In this document: in pieces, positions 14,387-27,200 of the stretch
Layout of the letters: each line of letters begins with the position of its first letter
How positions within the stretch are numbered: the first letter of the stretch is position 1
NCBI GenBank assembly: GCA_030141605.1
Contig: JAQGDQ010002370.1
Span: 27,167 to 91,166 of the forward strand
Source of the DNA: Tubiluchus corallicola
Lineage: Eukaryota > Animalia > Priapulida
Length of the DNA: 64,000 nucleotides
Direction: 5' to 3'
Notes under the pieces: model-generated
What the model was told of the DNA's origin: nothing
The model's input: the letters and a program-made list of their open reading frames with translations, nothing else
Databases searched by the model: none
Position numbers and translations under genes: made by a program

Positions 14387-14682
14387 ATAAGCCTTTTCGC
14401 AGTTTCGTTGTGCGCACGCGCAGTTGCTATAGGTCTGTAGCCGTCACGTGACATGTGGGGAAAGCAAGTGGACTTTACTTAATTATGCATTAGTCTGCCC
14501 GTGAAGTAAAAATGAACTAGATAAGGTTCTATAGCTAGCATTCGTCCCTTTTCTTAATTACTTTTACAACAGCATGGGGTTGCGAGGCATTGTCAAGTGT
14601 ACACAAATGCGTTGTCTGGTACACTTAACCTTTGACCTTTTCACGATCATCATCAATCGTTGGAATTGTGAAAAGGCTCATT
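14387..14682. mobile_element. Putative small TIR element (MITE-like)
   Basis: Imperfect inverted ends AATAAGCCTTTTCGCAGTTTC / GAATTGTGAAAAGGCTCATT, with an internal GTCACGTGAC palindrome. It interrupts a degenerate TAGTAATGCGTTA repeat region. Confidence 0.5.
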
Positions 14683-16246
14683 CTGCAGCATACTGTACAA
14701 TGCTAGTAATGCGTTATAGAACTACATTACAACACTAGCACTACACTGTGACTAGTGTGTACATATATTTGTATTTTGCAAAATATGTATTATGAATGTG
14801 AGTAAAAAAGTTAGCCTAAATTCTCCTCCTTCCGTTAGATTAATTAATCATTCACATGGATAATTGCAATAACATGAAATGTTTCTCTAGTTCTAATATA
14901 ATTATTCACGAAAACACGAACTGCCATTTAATTTAGGTCTACGGCAGATCAAAACATACTTATTGAAATTATAGTAAAAGTAAATTAGACAATTACAATA
15001 ATTCTTTCCTATACGTATAGGTGGGCAGACTCGTCACGTTTTTGTCACACTTTTTGAAAACGGACAAATGACACTGTTACCAAGAAAATGTCTTATCTGA
15101 AAAACTCAGAAGCGAAATTTGTCCAGAAAAAGCAGCGGTGTTTTCATAATCATGCGTTAAATGGTGCCGCGAATCCAATTTATTCATTACCATGAGCATA
15201 ATTATATGATCGGAGATGCTTCTTATTGATTAATGTTGCAATTTGCGCGATAATTTTCACAGCAAGCTCACAGTAATATTACGAAATGCAGCCCAGGTGA
15301 TTCAAGCACATTTTATAGACAGGAAGAGAGAAGGGAGGTAGAATGAGCTTTAAAATGAGAAAAACGAATCTATCTATTCTGATTTTAGAGTAAAGGAACC
15401 AGGGCTTTACGTGTAATAACTGGGTTCCTTAGTCAAGCTTGAAGTTTAGAAATTTGTTATCCAAAATCACACAGCCCACGCTTGCTACAGTTTTGCTACT
15501 TAAATAAGAAATTTACCTTTTCTTACGGCAACGCTATACATTGTGTTCTACTGTATACTCAACGACAAGGCAAATTTTGCATGAAAAACATACAATGTAA
15601 GTCAAATGCATTTCGCATTTGAATCGGATTCGGTATTCGTACAGTGCAAAAGTAAGCAAAACCCATACGTTTAAATCTGTACTGCAATGATGCAATTCTC
15701 CCCAAACACGAAGTGTTGCATGAAAATTCAAAATGTTATTTATTATATAGGATGAGCGAAGAATGGCAAACATACAGTGCATTTCATTTAAAGTCAGACA
15801 TTTTTAGATGATATAATTTGTTAACGCTTTGATAAATTAACATCATATAAATAATGGTGCGCGTTTACCCCGATTTGTATAATCGTCATTTAGTTAAAAA
15901 ATAGCGAGTGCCGAAACACCGACGCTGTCAAATACTGAACGAATGCACAATTTTGACAATTTCTTGTTGCTGAAGTTGATGATGCGAGATTGCTCGCAGT
16001 GAGGACATCATCATATGCCCATTACGTCAACTATAGACAATGCTGAGGTGTCAAACAGCAAGAACAGACAAAGCTCAGCGCGAGTGGTCGCGTAATATAC
16101 CGTTCTGCCAACGGAAGGACACAACATCTTATGCTTTTCAATACAAATTGTGAAAGTAACTTATAGATTAATAACAGCAAGAATTATGCTTTGTGGGTTT
16201 GTCCCAAGTTTATATATATATATGTCGCCATTCTCTTTTACGTACG

Positions 16247-16249
<3 letters not shown>

Positions 16250-16338
<89 letters not shown>
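16250..16338. repeat. Compound (TA)n(GA)n microsatellite
   Basis: Direct reading. Confidence 0.95.
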
Positions 16339-17027
16339 CTGTTGCGTGGGAAGCCAATATTGCGTTACCTTACGGATTCCAAATAAAACAGTGCCGCCTC
16401 TACTTAACTTGCGGCGACCACAAATAAGACGGCAAATATTCTTATCTATGTACATCCCAATGTCAAGCCGACATGAAGATATGATGAATTGCCATGCAGA
16501 TGATCAGTCATGCAAGATGTCCCCCCAGAGAGACACAACAGCAGAGTGGATTTAAACAGTAATGCATTGAAGTAGACAGCAACGGCACAGTCAATAAAGA
16601 TGCCCCAAAGTTATGTCAATTGATGTCTCGGTTAATATTAACATATTAGCGAATGTTCGGTAAACGTAAGACATTTTTGCACACTGGGAAGCGACCATAT
16701 TCGAGAATAGATCTTTCATGCTTAGCGTGTGTTGTGAAATGGAAATTTTGTGTGGCACGGAGAATGATTGACTCGTCAGCATGTGTGAAGCACAATCCGA
16801 GTGTGACAGACACTGACAGCAAGTAGATGGGTGACCTCCCAGAATGCCGGTCCAGTGCCCCCATCTTAGAGGACTACCCTTGACAGTGTGCTAGGTTCCA
16901 GTTATCCACTTTACGCAGGAACTGCCGTAGAAATCTAGATACCGACATGCAATGTCAAATTGCATATAAAATAATCGGTCAAATGCAATCTAGGCAGGGG
17001 GGGCTACTGCGTCGTAACAGCGTACGT

Positions 17028-18388
17028 AAAAGAGAATGGCGACATTAATAAGGGCCTATAATAACATTTTCAATGTGACGAGGCATTATTAATGACAAAC
17101 GACAGACCGCTGCAGAGATTTTGTAGCAAGTATTTTTCGAGAAAAATAGCGTTTGAAAATCTCAGTGATTGGATTGATTCAAGACTCTGCACTGCATGTG
17201 AAAAACATGGAAGAGTAGGAAGTGATATGTAATAAGTTAAGTTAGAAGCTAGAACAAAAATAGTGTGGACACAATCATAGTAGGAATAAACTAACTTAGA
17301 GCAATGGATCTTAATGCACGTCACTTTATAGAGGTGTTTTGATTGAACTTGGATCGAAACTTTAACTAGTTTAACTTTAACTGTTGAAAGTCGGGACAGG
17401 CAGCAGTGGACACCAACCAAGATAACGGTATAAAGGGTACTCAATAACAGACCTTGTTACAAGACCATCGTCTTCTAAGGAAAACAAATGGTTGATGAAC
17501 AGGCAAACAGCACAAATTGACTTTTGTCCCAAGGAATACTGTTATTGCAAAAAATTTTTACTTTTCTGTATGAATAAGCTATATTTACTAATGACTAATA
17601 ATTTTACTTCAGAAAAGATTCGTTCTAGTAAAGTTAATAAATGGACCAAGTGATCCAATTCAGTTGCATCTAAGGTGAACAAAAGTAGTATTTTTTGTTA
17701 CCTCCATATTATACAAAAAAAATCACAAAATAAGTCTTTGCAATCATAAGGTTCGCCATACTGTTTACTGTATTGTAACGGCTATATTCCCTGAATGTAA
17801 ACGTGTTTAACAATTTTGATTTTCTCAGTTATTAGAAAACTATTTGTGTAATATTTAATGCTTAAAAATCAAACACAATGAAGCACACCTTGAAAAACAC
17901 GTTCAGTTCGTTTGCTGACATTATGCAAACACGCAGACGCTCCAGTGAAAAGAGAATGGCGACATTAATAAGGGCCTGTAATAACATTTTCAATGTGACG
18001 AGGCATTATTAATGACAAACGACAGACCGCTGCAGAGATTTTGTAGCAAGAATTTTTCGAGAAAAATGGCGTTTGAAAATCTCAGTGATTGGATTGATTC
18101 AAGACTCTGCACTGCATGTGAAAAACATGGAAGAGTAGGAAGTGATTTGTAATAAGTTAAGTTAGAAGCTAGAACAAAAATAGTGTGGACACAATCATAG
18201 TAGGAATAAACTAACTTAGAGCAATGGATCTTAATGCACGTCACTTTATAGAGGTGTTTTGATTGAACTTGGATCGAAACTTTAACTAGTTTAACTTTAA
18301 CTGTTGAAAGTCGGGACAGGCAGCAGTGGACACCAACCAAGATAACGGTATAAAGGGTACCCAATAACAGACCTTGTTACAAGACCAT
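17028..18388. repeat. Near-identical 441-bp direct repeat (17028-17468 and 17948-18388)
   Basis: Offset 920 bp with only a handful of substitutions; it produces the twin 124-aa minus-strand ORFs. Confidence 0.95.
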
Positions 18389-18389
18389 G

Positions 18390-20980
18390 GTTTTTGTCCC
18401 ACGGACTAATATGTAAGCCTGACTTCGTTGGCTTAGTAGAAACTTGATTATCAGACGGTGCGTCGTTTAACAAATCGGGTTATGATACAAATGTTTTTGG
18501 TTCAGAACGTGAAAAGTAAAGAATTGCAGGTGGATTTGAATTGCTTCATTGTTCTGGTTTAAGTTCAATCTATGAAATTGTCAAAACCACGCATCCAAAC
18601 ATTGCGAGGTTCAAATTCAACTCGTCTGAATTACCTAAAAATGTTATATTTTGCTTAATTTGCATAAATTCTAAGTAGTAAATCCTACACCAGATCTACT
18701 GTATTGCAGTTACCTAATGATGTCATCAGTGGTGATTTCAATAACTAAACAAACAGCAAATTCGAATGATTTCATTTTAGATGAAGAAACTGCTAGTGAG
18801 CAAAACTTCACCACAATTCCATATCCTCATTTTCATTTGTATGACGTAAATTTGTTCCCGGATAGGTTTAACGAGGATAAAATTACTAATACACAAGGCC
18901 GGCAACTTGCTGAGCTTTGTCATGCAACTTATGGAATTTTGCACCTGTGAAGCAAGATTTAGCATTTTAAAGGGTAGAATTGGCAATAGTGAAAATACCG
19001 GGAGATTTATTTATCGTCAGCCGACAGGCTGTTCAGCAATTAACTGTATGTTATTGTCTTCAACATTCTGTACCAAAATTTTATTGATATGCATGTAGAT
19101 TTTTCTCTTTTATGTTTCTGTTTATGTTTGCTGAAAAAATGAAAATACACAAGCACAAGAGATGTAATATGAGGAGCAGAAAAAATATGTGTCCGTTGGA
19201 TAAAACAATTGTGTGGGACAATGCTCAAGCCCGACTTCAACCCTCTGGCCAATAATTATTAAAACATATTTTCCAAGCAATGAAACAACGCCAATCCAAA
19301 ATTGTCAAATATAAAATCAGGTAGTAAGTATAGCACCTTAAGTACTGTATCTGGCGTATAAGAAATTATTTTTCCAGCTGTAGCAGCTGGTATTAAATAA
19401 GTACAGCAGAAAATTTTCCAATCCGGGCATAATGCAAAAATTTTTTAAAAAATTGCTCGATTATGAACGTACAGTCCCAAAAAGAAAATTAAAAAATAAA
19501 GTATGCGTAAATTTCAATTAAATACAGATAATAGAGATGTCCAGTTAGCTATTTTTATTACAAAAGAAAACAACGACAAAACTGTTTAAGAAAAAGGCCA
19601 ATATCAAGGAAATTGCATGCTGCTCAGCTGCATTTACACATACACGAAGTTGTGTTAGCTGATCCTGGTTTAATTGAGTATTTTTTGGTTGAATTTGGTG
19701 TACTTTAATGCTGTACTCTGTCACTCATGCTGTTTTTATTGTATTTTATTGATTTAGATGAGTGTCTATAAAAAATGTACAAGATTCTGATGGCATAATA
19801 CTAATTAATGACATGTTTACAGATGATCTCGTTTTAATTATTGTAACTAAGAAGGGTTTGCTACATCAGTTAAAGCTACTGAACAGCCATTGTAGAAAAT
19901 GGAGTCTAAACTGTCAAATCCAGTGAGATTGAAATTTTAATATTTGAAAAGAGTACTTTTGTTGAATCACCAACAGGATTTCTTTTGCTACGGCACATTA
20001 ATAAAACAATATGTCGAGCACGAATGCATTGGCGTATATTTTAATCCAAATGATTAATTTAATGAATCTGTAAATTATCCTGCCTCGCAAGGCAACGAAG
20101 TAGTATTTTCTTTACTGAGTAAATCAAAAACATTTGGGTATTTTGAAGCCAACTTTGCAAATACCTTTCTTTAACATATATGCCAAACCCATCCTATGTT
20201 ATGGATGTGAAATCTGTGGTATGAAATATTTTGCTGTTCTTGAAACCCTTTTCTTAAATATTATAAAGCAATTTTAGGTGCTGACAACTCCTACTCCAGC
20301 CATGGTTGGAGCATTAGGAAGATATCAGATAAATTTAGATATTTCTTGTAGAGTTGTTAAATATTGGCTTCGGGTATTTCTTTTCCACAAACACGACTAT
20401 GCAACCAAGATACCACTTTAGCAAAACTTTAAATGTTCTTTGGTACAGGTCGTCGAAATTGATGTTAAATAGGATAAATTTGGATCAACTGCTAAATGCT
20501 GACTCAATAGCGCTTTATTCTAATACTGTCTGTCTTGCTGAAGGATGAGTTAAAGCTAACTTTTGAATAACCTGACGACAATCTCTAACAAATATGTCTA
20601 AATTGCACTTTTATCAACAAGTCCGAGTTTGTATTCGAATCTTCCTTATTAAATGATAAAAATATTAAAGACATAAAATCATAAACTTAGAACCTAGCGG
20701 ACGCAGTTTAGGAATCGTCTTTGTGAAACCTGTAACGTTGTAGAAGACAAATATTTTTATTTCATTGTTCAAAACACGCAGTAGCACGTAACGTTTGAAA
20801 TAATTATATAAGTGAACTATATCTAAGTTATATAACGCTTAGTAACGAAAAGAAGTTATCCAATATTATGCAGTCATCTGATGTAATGATGCAATGTGCT
20901 GTTTACTCTTGAATGTGCACGCAAACTGATGTGGTTTCTGTAAAACGTATTTTGGCTGGCCTTGTTGGTCATATACCACA
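18390..20980 (+). mobile_element. Decayed non-LTR retrotransposon (CR1/L2-like LINE), ORF2 remnants
   Basis: APE-endonuclease-like pieces PDFVGLVET (~18418), NTQGRQLAELC and ILKGRIGNSENTGRF...GCSAIN. RT-like pieces MFTDDLVLIIVTKKGLLHQLKLLNSHCRKWSL (~19810, YADD-equivalent) and KPILCYGCEI (~20185). Many stops and frameshifts; ends at a pentanucleotide tail. Confidence 0.8.
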
Positions 20981-21207
20981 TAAACTAAACTAAACTAAAC
21001 TAAACTAAACTCAACTCAACTCAACTCAACTCAACTCAACTCAACTCAACTCAACGCAACGCAACGCAACGCAACGCAACGCAACGCAACGCAACGCAAC
21101 GCAACGCAACGCAACGCAACGCAACTCAACTCAACTCAACTCAACTCAACTCAACTCAACTCAACTCAACTCAACTCAACTCAACTCAACTAAACTAAAC
21201 TAAACTA
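20981..21207. repeat. Compound pentanucleotide microsatellite (TAAAC)n(TCAAC)n(GCAAC)n(TCAAC)n(TAAAC)n
   Basis: Direct reading. Confidence 0.97.
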
Positions 21208-24200
21208 ATTATTATTAGAGTAAATTTAGCAGAGATGTGTGAAGCTACAGAATACATATACAAAAAAAAACAAAGTGCAGTGGAATTATAAAAAAAACTA
21301 TAGGATTTTGGTAAGGTTAGTTAATTACATAAAACAATTACTTCTACAGCTTGTATTAATAAGCTGGCAAAGTTGTTTTTACTTCTCAGTTAGGATATTG
21401 CTGGCCAAACGACCACAAACCCAGGAAAATTGTTTTTCTGATACTCTATTACTATCATGCTCATTTAGTGTGAGGAAGACAGATTAACCATTTAGTGAAA
21501 GGAAGACAGATTAATGAATAAAGCATTACAGGGTATTCAAAGAGTGTTTAATGTTTGTGTAATTTGCTTAAACAGCACATACTAATTGCGTCTACATTTT
21601 TCATTTCCTGGAGAGTTTTTTGCATGTGCAGTCCAGCGTACGTATAAAAACTGAAGAAACACTGAAAACCCAAGCCCGAAAAATCGTTCTCTTATACACA
21701 ATAACGGAATTTATTAACGATTAAGAGCAATGACGCGAGTAAATTCCGATTAATTCTTATGCAGCTCACTGACAGTTAAATGGCTTTGGATTGAAAAGCT
21801 TCCTTTAAAATGGCGATCCTACGGTCAGTGTGCTGTTGTTGAATACGTTTGAGGTCTTATTGCCATTTCTTTTAATTGGTGAAGTCGTGACGCATATGTT
21901 TAATCGTTACTTTCAACCATCACACCTAAGTAATTAATTTCACTTATTCAGTTACATGAAAAATATTACTGCCGGTTTGATTAGAAACAACTAAAAGCAG
22001 CAAATTCAATAATATATAATAATATTCAACATTGTTCTCTCAATTATTACAAACCAGTGGATTTCAAATCTGAGAAGCCATATGCACGGAATTGCAAGTA
22101 TACTCTTGTTTTGTCGCGTGAATGAGCACGCACGTGCACCAGAGACTAAAAACATACAGAAAAGCAATGACGTCTTGTAAAAGCAGCAATCAAGAGCCTG
22201 TTTTATGGTTGGATTGCCGCATCATATTGCTTTTACAACTTCCATGGCTGAGACGCCGACAAGGTGTATCTCCGCAAAGCAAGGAGAAAGTATGCAGTAA
22301 AGGCGAAACAGTTGGAACTTCCCAGTAAAATGCACCTTACGCAAACCTAAATATTTTCCAATTTCCATCAAATGCAGATACAGCCATCAAGAAGGAAAAA
22401 AGGTTGCACTAGGATATGCATCCAATTTTGGCTCCTCTGCAAGCCAAACTTAACCTAATAATGAAATATGGTTCCAGAAAAAATTCTGTGACTATAATGA
22501 AAGTTATGTGAAATAATTGCGGTAACACTCACTAGCCATTTTATAGTAACTTGTAGCACGGCAATATTGCCAGTGCAGTGAGACGAAATTCAAATAGATA
22601 CACGATATGCACATATATCAGCGAAATCGGAAATCAGAATTGGAAAAATCCTATTAGACGAGTGGAAAAATTCGTTTGCATGTCACTGGGTCTATAAATT
22701 GACTTTCATGTCAACAAGTTGAGAAAGCTGAGGAAAAAGTAAACTGATGTTTTACGAACTGTATGTGTGGCTTAGATGAAAAACATGTATTCCACATTGA
22801 TAATTTGCTTAGCAACGTACCTTTATAGTCAGGTGTACTGTTTGATTACATTTTTATCGTGTGGCGATTTTATGCAACTCTCATTAATACAACATCAGTT
22901 AATGAACAGGCTACAAACTATAGTAATTTCTGCTTTTTATTCTTGCTAAAAAAATTTCTGTGGCTTCACTATGCCTGTCTCCGATATACTCCGGCATACT
23001 TGCCGCGGGGCCACCAGTTCCACCAGCATGTCACCAGTAATTACGGAATATAGAAGTCATAAACAGCAATGTTCATATACAATTGACGTGATCAATACAC
23101 TAGAAGAGTAAGACTTAATGGCGATATTCAGAAGCAAGTACGTCAGGGGAGCTAGACTAGTGTACTTATTATACCCTAGATAAGCACAGTTTCTCAGATA
23201 ATTTACGCTGACCGCATTTGCATCAACAATACCACATAAAAGATAAGCTGTATAAGTTATATGAATTGTATTCAGTATCTATGCTGTTTAATAGCTTCCA
23301 AGTTTTAGATGTTCCCAAACAGCCATCTTCAAGGAGCTGTGTTGTCATAGCTCAAAATATATGTCAAAAGTTGAATGTAACTAAATGTGCGAAACTGAGT
23401 GTCAAATTCCAAAGTACATTAATGTTTAATACAATAACTTTAGTAAAGATTTTAGTACATTATTACGATAGACGTCGTGAAGTAGCGATGATGTGTAATG
23501 ATGAAGGGATATATAGGTTGTGCATTTCGATTTCGAGTACAAGTTTTGTATTCAGAAACCTGCTATTCATACATGCAAACCAAGAAGTCCCCCTTGCATT
23601 AAATAATATTTGATAAAATTACACAAATTTTTAAAATTTGGTAAAGTGCCAGGAATTTTATTTTATTTATATGAACTTGTGACCATTATCTCCAAACTAT
23701 ATAAATACGACGCTAACAATTTTTCGTTGAAATGTTAGTATTTATAAGAGTAAACGGTAATTCAAAGATGCTCAGTTGAAATTGCTTCAGTATTTCAGTT
23801 TTCTATCTTGAAACATGGTACGTGTGAGAAGGGTGCTCAAAGAACGTGCTAGAACGGTGCTAGAAGATTGTGACTGAAAGATGTATTTAAAAAAACAAAT
23901 TAGAACTCCTTGGAGACAACTAAGTTAGGATAGCTGCTCTTCGGATTATTCCTTTGGACATATCCACATTGTTTTGACATTGTGGATTTGAAATGAATAA
24001 TTCAGAATGCACCCAATAAATATTTCATCAAAATCAGCACATCTGCATTCTACTCGTCATTAAGAAACAGATGTTCAAGGCACCGTTTTACACACATAAA
24101 TGTACCTCAAAGGTTCGCTCGGAACGTCAAAAAGAGCAGCAAGCCGTGAATACTAATTTTGAGATGCACCTAAAAACTAAAAATTCTCACACAACGTCTA

Positions 24201-27200
24201 ACCTTGGAAGCAAAAACGAAGATCAGAAGTTGGTAACTTGGGCTATGCTTTTGCTTGATACGATTTGTCAAAATCCCCCAAGAAACTTTATCATTGGTTA
24301 TTTATTTCCGTTCAGGTAGTCCGATTTCTGAGCAAATTCACATTACCGGGCATCCCAGTCTGCTTCAACTAAAAGCTTTGCAGTTGTTTTTTTTTGTGCG
24401 AATCGGAAAGAACAAATTGTTTTACAAAACAATACAATAACATAACAATTTCTTGAGTACAATAAAATAAAGTTCACCTTTTACAAGTACTACAAGAAAA
24501 CACTGTATACAACAGTGCAGCGAGCGTAATTATTGTTCAATTGCTATAAACAATAAAAAAATCTGCATTTTATAAGGATAATGAAATTTCTCAAAAGTTG
24601 AAGACTCTTTGAATATCATACATGTACATGCAAGTTTGCAAAAACAGAGCTTGCCTCTTGCAGCAGTCCTTCGATCGTCAGTTGTACAGAAATGTTTTCT
24701 TGCCGGCATTTGACGCTTGATCTGGGTAAAGTGCTGTTAAACTCATTTCAGTCAGTTCCATCAAGGAAATACAGAAATCATTCCCGATAAGGTCCACAAA
24801 CCTTTTAAGTGGCTCTGAGGGAACAAACTGATTATTGCAAGAAATGAACCATAATGCATGGCTGCTGGAGATATCAGTCATTTAAAAGGAGACCGCTGAT
24901 TAATTCAGTTACAGGTTACAGGTGTGCGATTCAGGGACAAAGTGTGTGTGATACAGGTGTAGGAAAAATGAAGGAAATTTGTAAAGTGAAATGCGCGACA
25001 TAAATAAAAGAACGTAAAAGAAACTGAAGAAAAGATTGGTACGTAGGATTATAAGCACAAAAACAGTCATTGGCAAGCAAAGTGATCAAAAAATGTACCT
25101 AATGTGGAACAAAACGCCCTTGGATAGAAAATTGGGCAGAACCATCTTCACATAATTTCCATATAAATTTCTACCTTATGGCCATTTTGCCCTTTAATTT
25201 TCAACTTTGTTTTACTGCAATTTTGTTTTGCGGTCTTTCGACATTTTATAACTACATATAACAGGTGACATGCGGTAAGGAACTGCTCAGTGCAAAACCA
25301 TCCTTGATTACACCAACTTTTCAGGTTTTGCAAAATCCTTACTAATGGGTACAACAATATGAACAGCAACAGCAACCCATCCATACTGACTATTTTGTAT
25401 TGTTAACCTATCGGCACAGACCATGTCCTTTAGTCTATCTATTCTATTGCGCATGCTCCTTACCAAATATTGAGTGACTTCGTTTTTCCTAAACACGGCC
25501 ATTAAAACAACCATAAAATCGAAGATAAGAAATGCAATTGAAATTACGTTCAGTGATTAGCTGCTAATTGCACAGAAAATTTTTACATATTCCAGTGAAT
25601 GGTCCAATTAGTCGCGTGCATGGACGCCGAGTATTTGTTGCAATCACGTTTTATATAATGGCTCATTCCTTCCATCAGTGTTGAAGTCTGCGAGATGTGC
25701 ACCAGAAGCAAATATCAATACGTCGATTAGCACAAGGTCGGCCGCGTGTAGAGCTCAAGAAACAGCTTATTTTCACGCACATGCAAACGAACCCCCTTCG
25801 AAGTTGGACAGTTGAGATTTTTCAGAACACACAATCTTTTGAATTTAACTGAGTTAGCACCAGTACTGGAAATACTTGTGAAATGCTTGTGCTTGAAATG
25901 GGTAACGGATAGCCACTGAGGATATTTTTGCAAGATAAAAGGGTCATAGAACTCATGTAATATTATAAGTTTTAGTACTTAAGTATTAATTGAATCAGTT
26001 TTGTTCACAAGTTTCTTACTAAGCGCCAATTTGTTGAAAAAAATCAGCATTTATTATTCTGAAGAATGGCTTAATAGCCGGAAATTTTCTCAGACGCATA
26101 CACGCCAGCTAACAGCGTGGGGTAAACGATCTGGAAAACTGGCCTGATACCAACTATGGTTTACCCTACTCAATAGTTATATTCGAAAAAAATTGGAAAA
26201 ACCTATACCAGAATACTATTTTACATGTAAACTGTCACTTTTCATTGACATTTGTAAATCAGTAATCGTACAGTCTGTTGATTCAGCTGTTAAGCACACA
26301 CTGTGACCACTCAGCTATTCGCTATTGTCTCATATTACCCATAAAATGCATTTTCTGAGACTTCTACATTTGGCGAGACTCATAGCGTTTTGACATTCAC
26401 ACATATATAAACCAGTCATGCAAAGGCCGCAAAAAATAGATTGTGTCAGGCGCTTTTCCGCAAACAATGCCCTGCTGATAGGTGTAGTCAAAAATAATTA
26501 CTGCTATTACAGCTCACAGTCACTTTTACAAAGAAAAACGCAGCCAGTAATCACGAGGAAGATCGCAAGGTGAATGGAAACCATGTGCGTAGAAGCCTGC
26601 GGAAGCTGAGGGGTGATTAAATGTGATAATGGATTGAGAAAGCTGGCAATAAATTTTGATTAAAGTGTGGTTAATGTAGTGAACAAACATTGCATAAGTA
26701 ATACTGTGCTGATCGATATAGCACGGAACAGCAAGGGCAGCAAAGTGACAAATATAACTGACGACCCACATATAGATCATGCTACCAACTGCAGAAATGC
26801 CAAATTTATAATAATTCTACAAATTATTGCAGTTCACTCATGGTATATGAATGCTCAACAAAAAATTCAAATTATTTATACATTATATTATTTTTTCCGT
26901 TAAAAATGTTCCATGTTTTGAATATCCTAAGCAAAATTATCAAAGCAAAATTACTTTTTATTCTGTTCGACGACTGGAAGTCAGAACCAAGTTGCAGGGT
27001 CTACTGTTTTGTTGAGTACTTGTGGTGGGTCTGAAACCTAGTTCAATATTAGAAACGACCTGACCTAATTTGATAATTCTCCAAAAGTAGGTACTTAAGT
27101 GACAATGACAGATGTGACTTAGGCACGTTTGCATGTATATCTATTCTCCATCTTACATATTATCTATTCTCCACCAGATTACATATTATCAGATTACATA

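Noticed and set aside
16150-16555. YIYIYI/ERERE ORFs
   Set aside because: Translations of the (TA)n(GA)n microsatellite.
16820-16860. GATGGGTGACC resembling the 5S rRNA box C (5S gene or SINE3)
   Set aside because: The match is too short and the rest of the 5S sequence is absent.
17070-18364. Twin 124-aa minus-strand ORFs as duplicated genes
   Set aside because: By-product of the 441-bp duplication, with non-ATG starts and no recognisable domain.
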